The notes beneath the pieces were generated by a model. That model did no database searches. It saw only the letters and a list, made by a program, of their open reading frames with translations, and had not been told where the DNA came from. From a virus (lineage: Duplodnaviria > Caudoviricetes), in IMG/VR virus record IMGVR_UViG_3300005544_000020, positions 128,001 to 192,000 of that record: a stretch of 64,000 nt of DNA, one strand, 5' to 3'. Of the stretch, positions 45,483-53,459 are shown piece after piece. Within the stretch, counting starts at the first letter, position 1; each line of letters starts with the position of its first letter. Position numbers and translations under genes: made by a program.

Positions 45483-45556
45483 TGGTGCTCCCGACGGGAT
45501 TCGAACCCGTATGCGGACTTTTAGAGAGTCCTAGCCCGCCTTTGGCCCACGGGAGC
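45483..45556 (-). tRNA. Amber suppressor tRNA, anticodon CUA
   Basis: GCTCCCG-TG-GGCC(AAAGGCG)GGCT-A-GGACT(CT CTA AA)AGTCC-GCAT-ACGGG(TTCGAAT)CCCGT-CGGGAGC-ACCA; 74 nt, encoded CCA. Confidence 0.92.
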
Positions 45557-45564
45557 AGGATAAA

Positions 45565-45903
45565 TCAGCCGATCACCCGATAGCGATTCCCGTCAGGGAA
45601 CTCGATGAAGACACGATCCTGGATTCCGCCGGAAGTCTGGCCGCCGGAGCTAGAGGCTGGCTGAGAGATCGCCAGTTCTTCCAGCCTCTTGATTCCCGCT
45701 TCCCTAGCCTTCTTTTCCGTGGAGAACTCCTCCAGGTTGTACCACTCATTGGAGAATGTATCGTACCCGAGAAGTTTGAAGACGGCTTTCTTCTTCTTAG
45801 ACGGAGCCGGTTCTTTCTCCTTCTTCTTGGGAGCAAGGCGTCCGATTCCGTTCCGCTTCTTCCATTCGTTGATCGACATCCAGGGCATGTCCCCTCCTCT
45901 CAA
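45565..45903 (-). CDS. Small hypothetical protein
   Basis: Packed ORF upstream of the tRNA. Confidence 0.5.
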   Translation of the reverse strand: MRGGDMPWMSINEWKKRNGIGRLAPKKKEKEPAPSKKKKAVFKLLGYDTFSNEWYNLEEFSTEKKAREAGIKRLEELAISQPASSSGGQTSGGIQDRVFIEFPDGNRYRVIG

Positions 45904-46511
45904 TTGTCCCGGGCGAGTTCCTTGACCGCGATCTCCTTCAGAACAGGTTTCATGAAGACTTCGAATGCCGCGCTGGCCGTGGATAGCTGTTCTAGACTCA
46001 CCGGACGCAGCGGTTCGATCTTGAGCACGGAGCAGCAGTCCCCGCAGATCGACAAGATCCCGCCGCCCATATCCACCAGCATCCGGAAATCTTCCCGGAT
46101 ATAGGGTAGCGCATTCTTGCAGGTCTCCGCGCTCAGGACGAAGATGCAGCGCTCTTTGAGCCTGATCCTGTGCTCAGGAGCAAACGGATTGACCGGACCT
46201 CCGTGGATCTTCTCCTGTTTCTGCATTTCGATCAGGATCCGCATGAAGAACTCCTGCTGGCGCAGGCCGGTATTCATGCAGACCCAGCATTTCGGCTGCA
46301 TCGGATCGGAGGACCACTTGGGCTCCATCCGTCGCTCAAGCTTCTGGACGCTCTTCGCCTGGTCGACCGCCTTCTTCACGTCGAGCGCCGCCTTCTTCTC
46401 CATGACGCCTTCATGAACCTTGCAGGCTCGGTCTTCGCCACCGACGTGGTAGGTTGCGGCCTTGTTGACCGTCTGCTTGCAGATCGAGCAGACGACTTGC
46501 TTGATTGGCAT
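45900..46511 (-). CDS. Multi-CxxC Zn-finger protein
   Basis: CSIC...C..H, CWVC, CGDCC. Confidence 0.6.
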   Translation of the reverse strand: MPIKQVVCSICKQTVNKAATYHVGGEDRACKVHEGVMEKKAALDVKKAVDQAKSVQKLERRMEPKWSSDPMQPKCWVCMNTGLRQQEFFMRILIEMQKQEKIHGGPVNPFAPEHRIRLKERCIFVLSAETCKNALPYIREDFRMLVDMGGGILSICGDCCSVLKIEPLRPVSLEQLSTASAAFEVFMKPVLKEIAVKELARDN

Positions 46512-46512
46512 C

Positions 46513-47982
46513 TCAGCCTCTCAGTTCCTTCATCTTCTCAGGCGAATGGAGCGCCACGTTCACGAGCGCCGCGCCCAATCGGCAGCACTCGTCATGGAAT
46601 GACGAGCTCAGGTGGTCGGATACCCGATAATGGCTGAACTCATGGATGAAGAGTTCATCCACCGCCGTCCAGTAGGGCGCGTCGAACCAGGAATGTCCTA
46701 GGCGCCCAAGGTTCAACGTCAGTTCCCCGGAAGGCCCGAAGGTCGCTGCGAAGGGCCAGGAGATATCCGTCACGATCTTGACCCGGATCTCGGTCGAGAG
46801 GATGTTCTTGGCCACGTACTTGGCATAGGCCACGATCTTCTTGACCCCCGGCGTCCACTTCTCCTCCGGAAGGATCTTCTGGGCTTCGCCATTCGGAGAG
46901 TACGGCCGCGGCGACGGCGTCACCTGTCCCGCCGGCAGCGCCACAGCGAAGCGCTTGACGTTCGTCCACTCGTCTTTCGAAAGCGATCCCGGGGTGATCA
47001 CTTCATAGCCCTGGGAGACGGCGATCTTGGTCCCTTCCTGGTCGGAAGGATCCATGATCACGCGCTTCTCGCTGAAGCGCTGGGTGATGATGTGTTCCAT
47101 AGCAGGCTTCGAGATGCTCTCGTCGGAGGCCGCATCGCGGGCCCAGGGCTCGACCGCTTCTTCAGCCGTGATCTCCTTGTACATCTCGTTCATCACGAGA
47201 GTCCGGATTTCGCGGAGATAGGCTGGGGTCACGTTGTCCCGGTCGGCATTCAGCGGGACCTTCTGGAGGACGTTGTAATGCCACTTGTCGCCGCCTTCCA
47301 AAAGGGCGACGACCGGGATGCCCATCTCATAGACCGAGGCCACTTCACCGACCTTGGCCTCGAAGATCTCGATCTGAGTCTTCCTGGCCGAACGCCGCAG
47401 GATGCCCTCGGCGTCCGCTACTTCCGTCGCGAGCGTCGCCTCGATCGTCCGGATGGGGGTCCGGGAAGAGATCAGGGCGCCGTTCACGAAGGTCTTGACC
47501 CCGCGCGGAGGGAGGAGCTTCATGACGGCCTGAAGCGCATCCTCGCGTTCCATCTGGTTCATGCGGATGCAGGCCCAAAAGCGAGAACCCGCGGCCCGCT
47601 TCGTCCTGAGCGTATGACGCCCGTCGACGTCGAACATGACGCCGCCGGTCGTCGTCTCGATCCGAGCCTGCTTGCAGAGCGCCAGAACCAGCTTCTCGCC
47701 CAGGTTGAAGCGGCCGCGCTTCTCCGCATTGCCCTTCTTTTCGCTCTCAGCATAGAGCGTCCAGGCATGGGTAAGATCCTTCCAGCCGTCCGGGTGATCG
47801 TCGATGACCTCGATCTCGGAGTATCCCTTGAGGTCCTCCGAGGCCTTGACCGTCACCATGATCTCCTTCGCATCCGTATCCCAGGCGTTCTGGATGAGCT
47901 CGTAGAGGACGAATTCCTTGCCTTTCCTCTCGAGAAGCTTGGCGAGGCCCTCCTTGTCGACGTCGAACCAGGTCTTGCTCAC
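46513..47982 (-). CDS. GHKL (Hsp90/MORC-like) ATPase domain protein
   Basis: ELIQNAWD, IDDHPDG, RGRFNLGEK, GSRF. Confidence 0.85.
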   Translation of the reverse strand: MSKTWFDVDKEGLAKLLERKGKEFVLYELIQNAWDTDAKEIMVTVKASEDLKGYSEIEVIDDHPDGWKDLTHAWTLYAESEKKGNAEKRGRFNLGEKLVLALCKQARIETTTGGVMFDVDGRHTLRTKRAAGSRFWACIRMNQMEREDALQAVMKLLPPRGVKTFVNGALISSRTPIRTIEATLATEVADAEGILRRSARKTQIEIFEAKVGEVASVYEMGIPVVALLEGGDKWHYNVLQKVPLNADRDNVTPAYLREIRTLVMNEMYKEITAEEAVEPWARDAASDESISKPAMEHIITQRFSEKRVIMDPSDQEGTKIAVSQGYEVITPGSLSKDEWTNVKRFAVALPAGQVTPSPRPYSPNGEAQKILPEEKWTPGVKKIVAYAKYVAKNILSTEIRVKIVTDISWPFAATFGPSGELTLNLGRLGHSWFDAPYWTAVDELFIHEFSHYRVSDHLSSSFHDECCRLGAALVNVALHSPEKMKELRG

Positions 47983-48112
47983 TTGTTCTCCTTCCCTTTT
48001 CCCCAGAAAAACTTGGTCAGGCCAGCCTTGATGTTTTTGCGCTGTTCAACGGGCGCATCCGGTCGCGCCTTGTCGAATCCACGCATGATGACCTTGAGAG
48101 TGGCGCGTTTCC

Positions 48113-48487
48113 TCACTCCTCGTCTCCCTTCTTGTTCGGATTATCGGGATGACGATCAATGCGGATCGCATACATGTTCGTCCGGCTGGCGACCTCGAGC
48201 AGATTATTTATGCTCTCGGCGACCGTCAGAGAATGCTTCTGCTCGAGTTCCTGGACTGCGGTGAAGATCTCCAGGCCGGGAGCGTCGAGATCCGTCAGAG
48301 GCTTCCGGTCTTTCAGGTCTTCGACTTTGTTCGTCTCGAGCGCGATCTGGAGGAGAATTTCCACGATACGGTTAATCGTGAGGTCATATTTCTCCTCGAC
48401 GCGAATCACGCTCATGTCGAGACTGCACTTCGCCTCGACCACGATGAAATAGCGCGGGTGGATTCGCATTCTTGCGGCTCCGATCAT
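48113..48487 (-). CDS. Hypothetical protein
   Basis: Packed ORF. Confidence 0.45.
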   Translation of the reverse strand: MIGAARMRIHPRYFIVVEAKCSLDMSVIRVEEKYDLTINRIVEILLQIALETNKVEDLKDRKPLTDLDAPGLEIFTAVQELEQKHSLTVAESINNLLEVASRTNMYAIRIDRHPDNPNKKGDEE

Positions 48488-48685
48488 TTGTCCACTATCT
48501 TTTATCAGTTAAGGATGTCAGGACAGGTCACAACTATTTCGGCTTCCAGTCTTTCCCGAAGAACTTCTTTCCGGCAGCTTCGATCCGCTTTCTGGTCTTG
48601 GCGGAGAAGTCGGAGATCTCGCGCACTTGGTACGGGCCTCCCGTGATAATGACGTCGACCGATCCCAGACGGATCTTCTGCTTCT

Positions 48686-49522
48686 TCATGAGGCCACCTT
48701 GTCCGTGCTCTTGGGATACGCGGGGGACTTGGATTCCTCGCGAGCAGCGGCGAGAGCCGGACGCATGTGCTTGTCGAGCGCCCACGCGTACTTGTGATTC
48801 CCCCCATGCTTGAGGGGACGGGTAACGAGCGGGAGCCAGTGGGAGAGCCACACAGCCGGAACCTCGTCCAGCGGGCCCGCGCCGTAGGACTGGAGTTCCT
48901 GGACGGCGCCCTTCCAGCCCTGCTCCATCTTCCGGATCTTCTGCTCCGTGCGATGATTGAAGACGCGCCCATCCGGCAGCAGATGAAGGCGGCGTCCATC
49001 CGCGCGGCCGAGGTACGTGCCGGACAGCGCCTGATAGATCGTCCCGACGTGACCCGGAAGGACGATCTCGCCGGCGGCGGTCGCCCGGGGCATCGGATCG
49101 CTGAAGCTGACGACGCCCAGAACGCCGCGGAGTTCGCGGCCGGTGTCATCGACGATGACCTTTTTCTTGAGGGCGTCGAAGCAGCGCGCCAGGAACCACG
49201 TCTCGCCGTTCCCAGGAACCTCGTCGAGCAGGACGAAGCGGCCGAGTTCCGTGGCTTCCTTCCGATGGACCGGAAACACGTTCGTCAGGGTCCGGTCGTT
49301 CACCGGATGACTGAAGACCGCGACGCCCACCAGGATTCCATGACGGTAGAGGCCGTAGCGGAAGCGCGCGGCGGGGTAGTCGCCCGAGTAGTGGTGTTCC
49401 TGGACGAAGGCCTTGGGAATCTCGTCCGTGAGGATCTCCGCCACCTCGTACTCCGAGGGGCGGATCACTTCGCCGGACGGGCGCCAGCGGGCCCGGCCTT
49501 CCTCCCAGCGCTGGTTGAGCAT
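48686..49522 (-). CDS. Mom-like GNAT-fold DNA adenine modification protein
   Basis: FVQEHHYSG, GVAVFS, ELGRFVLLD..PGNGETWFLAR, VSFSDP, GHVGTIYQA...YLG. Confidence 0.82.
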   Translation of the reverse strand: MLNQRWEEGRARWRPSGEVIRPSEYEVAEILTDEIPKAFVQEHHYSGDYPAARFRYGLYRHGILVGVAVFSHPVNDRTLTNVFPVHRKEATELGRFVLLDEVPGNGETWFLARCFDALKKKVIVDDTGRELRGVLGVVSFSDPMPRATAAGEIVLPGHVGTIYQALSGTYLGRADGRRLHLLPDGRVFNHRTEQKIRKMEQGWKGAVQELQSYGAGPLDEVPAVWLSHWLPLVTRPLKHGGNHKYAWALDKHMRPALAAAREESKSPAYPKSTDKVAS

Positions 49523-49525
49523 GGC

Positions 49526-49891
49526 CTACGCCCCCATCCTGCGCTCGGCCTCGTAGATCGCGTCGACCTCGCGCAGGTCGCGGCGATGCTGGTAGTAGGC
49601 CTTCAGTTCCTTCTCGAGGCCTTGGCGCTTGCACTCTGCGGCGTCGACGACCAGTTCCACGCGCTTGCCCTCGCAGCGCTCGCACGTGATGTCGTAGCGG
49701 CCCGAGAAGTAGCCTTCCTCGAAGTCCGGGTCGTCATCGAACTCTTCCTGGCCGATGCCGTTTCCGTCGATCGCGGGGTTGACGTGCTTGCCCTCGCCGT
49801 CGCAGCGGCTGCAGACCTCATACTTGGCCGGCAGCTCCACTTCGATCTCGCAGGTTTCCTCATCCAGGGTCGTGAACGTGATCGTCGCCAT
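49526..49891 (-). CDS. CxxCxGxG Zn-finger protein
   Basis: CSRCDGEG...CERCEG; strong RBS. Confidence 0.65.
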   Translation of the reverse strand: MATITFTTLDEETCEIEVELPAKYEVCSRCDGEGKHVNPAIDGNGIGQEEFDDDPDFEEGYFSGRYDITCERCEGKRVELVVDAAECKRQGLEKELKAYYQHRRDLREVDAIYEAERRMGA

Positions 49892-49921
49892 ACCGCCTCT
49901 CCTTCCTATCGAACTGTTGAG

Positions 49922-49950
49922 AGTATATACTCAAGCATATACTCAGTCAA
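49922..49950 (-). promoter_or_regulatory. Class I promoter TTGACT-N17-TATACT
   Basis: Spacer GAGTATATGCTTGAGTA. Confidence 0.75.
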
Positions 49951-49985
49951 TAGGTGAAAGCGGAATTCGAAAAAATAAATTCGGC

Positions 49986-50759
49986 CTACATTTTCCAGTC
50001 AGCGACCTGTCCGGAATCCTGCCCTGCTTCCACGGCCTCGAGGACCTCGGCGATCTTGAAGTCCTTACGAAACGAATGGCCGATCTCCTTCTCGACGGCG
50101 ACGTACTCCTTGAGCAGTTCCTTGTTCTCTTCCTGCTTTCCGGCCAGGACAAGCGCCGCCTTCGGCGCGAAGATGCAGAAGACGCAGGAGAGCCGCGGCA
50201 TCCCGAGCGAGTAGGCGACGTGCTGTGGGATCGCATTCGCCTTGATCGTCTCCCAGACCTCTTCGATCTTCATGTCCAGGATCGGAAGCCAGTCGTCAAC
50301 ATGGCGGCGGCCGTTGGTCCGCCGTTCGTTGACCTTGAAAGGGACCTTTTTCGCCCTGGCCGGCGACTCCTGGGCCCTGAGACCCATCACGTTCAGGACC
50401 TTGAGGCGGCGCTCGAGGCCGGGCGCCAATTGCGTGATCAGCTTGTCTATCGGCGCGCGTTTGAAGTCGCTCGTGCAATACCGGGCCATGGACGATGGCC
50501 ACATCTTCCGCCGGCGGACGTAGTCCAGAAGGCCTTCGCCGCGGGTCACGATGTGGAAAGGAATTCCGAGCTGCTCGGCCTGCTTCTTCACGACCGTATC
50601 CGCTCCCTTCCATTCTTCGCGGAAGGTGGCATGGCCTAGGACCAAGCGATCCTTGACGCCCTGGGCCTCCGCCATCTTGGTCACGTTCCAGGCCATCACG
50701 GAGGAGTCTTTCCCGCCGCTGGTGTTGAGCAGGACCAGGTCGTAGGCCGTGAGATCCAC
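49986..50759 (-). CDS. PAPS-reductase-family (PP-loop) protein
   Basis: SGGKDS, RYCTSDFK, GLRAQESPARAK, RLSCVFCI. Confidence 0.88.
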   Translation of the reverse strand: MDLTAYDLVLLNTSGGKDSSVMAWNVTKMAEAQGVKDRLVLGHATFREEWKGADTVVKKQAEQLGIPFHIVTRGEGLLDYVRRRKMWPSSMARYCTSDFKRAPIDKLITQLAPGLERRLKVLNVMGLRAQESPARAKKVPFKVNERRTNGRRHVDDWLPILDMKIEEVWETIKANAIPQHVAYSLGMPRLSCVFCIFAPKAALVLAGKQEENKELLKEYVAVEKEIGHSFRKDFKIAEVLEAVEAGQDSGQVADWKM

Positions 50760-51264
50760 TTAGCCTACTTCTTTCATGGCGACCACATAGCGAACGTAGG
50801 AGTCCAGAGCCTCCTTGAGTTGAAGCTTGGCCTCTTCCTTCGCCTGGCTTTCCCGAGCGCAGAAATACCCTCGGTCATACTCGCACTTTTCTGCTGCGGC
50901 CTTGTACTCGGCATTCGCCGTCGCATACTTCTCGATCGCTGCCAGCAGATTCTCGAATGCACCCATATCACCTTCCTTTCATGCGCTTTTCCAGCGCGCG
51001 TTCGCAGACTCCGTTCCCGCAGGACTCCCCGAACTGCTTCGCCGCTTTCTGGGAAAGGGCTTTCATGTTCCGATAGATCTCGCGGGTAATCACTCGGGCG
51101 TCTTCGAGACCGAGCTCCTTGTTGTAGTATCCCAGGCAGTATTGGCGACCCATGACCTCCACGAAGTATCCACTATCTCCACAATGGATGTCCATGTGCG
51201 CCGGCGACAGGTACACCCGCTTGCGGCCCTCGGGATAGAACCTATGGTCCATCTTCTTCATGGC

Positions 51265-51999
51265 TCAGTCCCAGTACGCCATAGGATCTTCGTACGCCGG
51301 GAAGTTGGCCTCGATCCACATCTCCATCTCGAGTTGGATCATCTTCTGGACCCGATCGATGTCGAAGACGTTCTTCGGAACGAAGAACGGCTCGCGGCTG
51401 CGATAGACGATCTTCGGCTTGACGCCGCCGTGGTATTCCTCCTTCCGATCGAATTCCACGCCGTTGTCGTGAACCTCTCCCCAGAGCGGCTTCTCTCCGG
51501 GTCCCTTGAACTTATAGTCGCACTGGACCCGGACCGTATACCGACGGCTGAGCGCCCACCCGAAGGCCTCATAGTCGTAGAAAGCCCCCTTGAAGAAGAT
51601 CGTCCAGCGGGCCCGCTTCTTCTGGTCGAGGACGTAGCTGTACATCGAATGGAAAGGCGACGCGATCTTCGTCCACCCTTCGGGAAGCGTGCCCTCCTGG
51701 AGCATCTTGTCGATCGGACGGCCGAACTTGAAGCCCAGCTTGTCGAAGAACTCCTTCGGCGAGCCGAGCTTGATCGGAAGCTGCTCGTTCCGAACGAGTT
51801 CCTGCTGCTTCTGTCGTTCCTGGCGCTCGATGCCTCCGGGGGTCGCGGCCGCGATGAAGTTCTCCGTGAACTCCGGACCCTTCTGCATTGCCCTCGACAG
51901 GAGCTCAATCGGGATGTCCGAAGGTTCCACGATCCTGCAATCCTCCTCCTCGATCCAGACTCGTCCATCGAAATCCTGATAGATGCGCTTGGGTGCCAT
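51265..51999 (-). CDS. Hypothetical protein
   Basis: GAAGGAG RBS; long ORF. Confidence 0.6.
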   Translation of the reverse strand: MAPKRIYQDFDGRVWIEEEDCRIVEPSDIPIELLSRAMQKGPEFTENFIAAATPGGIERQERQKQQELVRNEQLPIKLGSPKEFFDKLGFKFGRPIDKMLQEGTLPEGWTKIASPFHSMYSYVLDQKKRARWTIFFKGAFYDYEAFGWALSRRYTVRVQCDYKFKGPGEKPLWGEVHDNGVEFDRKEEYHGGVKPKIVYRSREPFFVPKNVFDIDRVQKMIQLEMEMWIEANFPAYEDPMAYWD

Positions 52000-52616
52000 C
52001 GTCTTCTCCTTCCTTTAGAGGCTGTCCTCACACAGGCGTTTAGGCGCGCCCGTCCGCGCCGCAGAGCGAACAGCGATCGTCGTCATTCCAGACGTGCTGG
52101 TGCAGGCGGAGCACCCGAACCTCCTGGAGCGCCTTCTCGAGCATCTCCTCGAGGATCTTGTACGGATCGTGGGGCTCCCCCTCACTGTCCTCATAGATGC
52201 CGGTCAGATCCTGCATCTCCTTATCCCGGTTCGCCTTCTCCTTGGCGCCCTCGATCGCCATGAACAGCGTGTCCATCGTGACTGGAGTCATAACCCTCTC
52301 CTATAAAGATTCCGCTTCTCGGTTAGCTGTTGAACTCGGAGTCCTTCATCTGGTCCTTCCAGGCATCCCAGTCGAAACCGGAATCATCGTTCTCCGCCAT
52401 GATGCGGGCGACATCGGCCCAGCTTCCGGGAGGAGGTCCCTGGATCACAGTATCCTTCTCAGGAATCTGACCGCTCCCGTCACACTCCGCGCAGGCTCCG
52501 ATGAATCCATGGTCGCACATGATGGCCTCCTTTATCTTTCTTTCCGCCCCGGGCTCACCGGGGCGGGAAGGAAGTCCCGGGGCCCCATACTGGCGGCCCC
52601 AGGGGAGAGGGGTCTT

Positions 52617-53360
52617 TTAGTTCCGAGCTACCCCGCAGGCCGTGTCCATCAGGCCGTGCAGGGCCTGCGTGGCGCGCGGGCGCTCGAAGAGGTTCGACTC
52701 CTTCAGGATCTCGGTGAAGGCGTTGAAGAGACGCCAGCCGTTCCGGGCCGTCGTGAACTCGGCGTGCCGGGGCTCGCGCCACTCCTTCAGGATCTTGGGG
52801 ATGTACGTCACGGGCGCGATCCGGTTGTCGAGGGCCTGGATGACGATGTCGTGGGCCTGCGTGTCGGACATCTCGAAGCGCTTGTAGGTGTCGATCCGGT
52901 CGTCCTGCCGCTTGCGGAGGTCGCCGATCCGGCCGACGGCGGACTGGATCAGGTTGGGGAGATCGCGCTCGATGAAGACGGTGTGCTTGCGGCCGATCTT
53001 GACCTCGCCGCTGAAGGCGAGGTTGTCGCAGACGAAGACGCCCGAGCCGACCACGAGACCCGCGGGGAAGCTCTTGTCGTGCGAATTGCGGAGGCCGACG
53101 ACCAGCGAGTAGTCGACCGGGTTGTTGCCGTTCTTGAGCTGGAACATGCCGAAGTAGCGCTGGCCTTCGTGCGCGAGCGCATGGGCCTCCGTCACGACGT
53201 GGAGGCCGCTGCGGTCGAGCGATTCGATCACGCCGTTGATGAACCGCTTGTGGGGAATCGGGTGCCACGTCTCCGTCTTCCGAGGGGTCTTGACCACGTC
53301 CACCTGGGCGCGCTCGACACTCATCGCTCCCGCGTGCAACATCAAGTTCAGAGCCTTCAT
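52617..53360 (-). CDS. DUF932/DUF945-family phage/plasmid protein
   Basis: LRNSHDKSF..G...FVCDNL...KHT...WRLFNAFTE. Confidence 0.85.
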   Translation of the reverse strand: MKALNLMLHAGAMSVERAQVDVVKTPRKTETWHPIPHKRFINGVIESLDRSGLHVVTEAHALAHEGQRYFGMFQLKNGNNPVDYSLVVGLRNSHDKSFPAGLVVGSGVFVCDNLAFSGEVKIGRKHTVFIERDLPNLIQSAVGRIGDLRKRQDDRIDTYKRFEMSDTQAHDIVIQALDNRIAPVTYIPKILKEWREPRHAEFTTARNGWRLFNAFTEILKESNLFERPRATQALHGLMDTACGVARN

Positions 53361-53400
53361 CGTTGTCTCCTTCCAATCGCTCCCCTATTGGAGCTACTGG

Positions 53401-53429
53401 AGTATAGACCCGAGTATATAGCAGGTCAA
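53401..53429 (-). promoter_or_regulatory. Class I promoter TTGACC-N17-TATACT
   Basis: Spacer shares CTATATACTCGGGTC with the 19.9 kb promoter. Confidence 0.8.
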
Positions 53430-53459
53430 GACCTTAATCGCGATTTCTGAAAAATACTT

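Noticed and set aside
52545-52612. GC hairpins after DUF932 as an intrinsic terminator
   Set aside because: No U-tract follows on the coding strand, so function is unsupported
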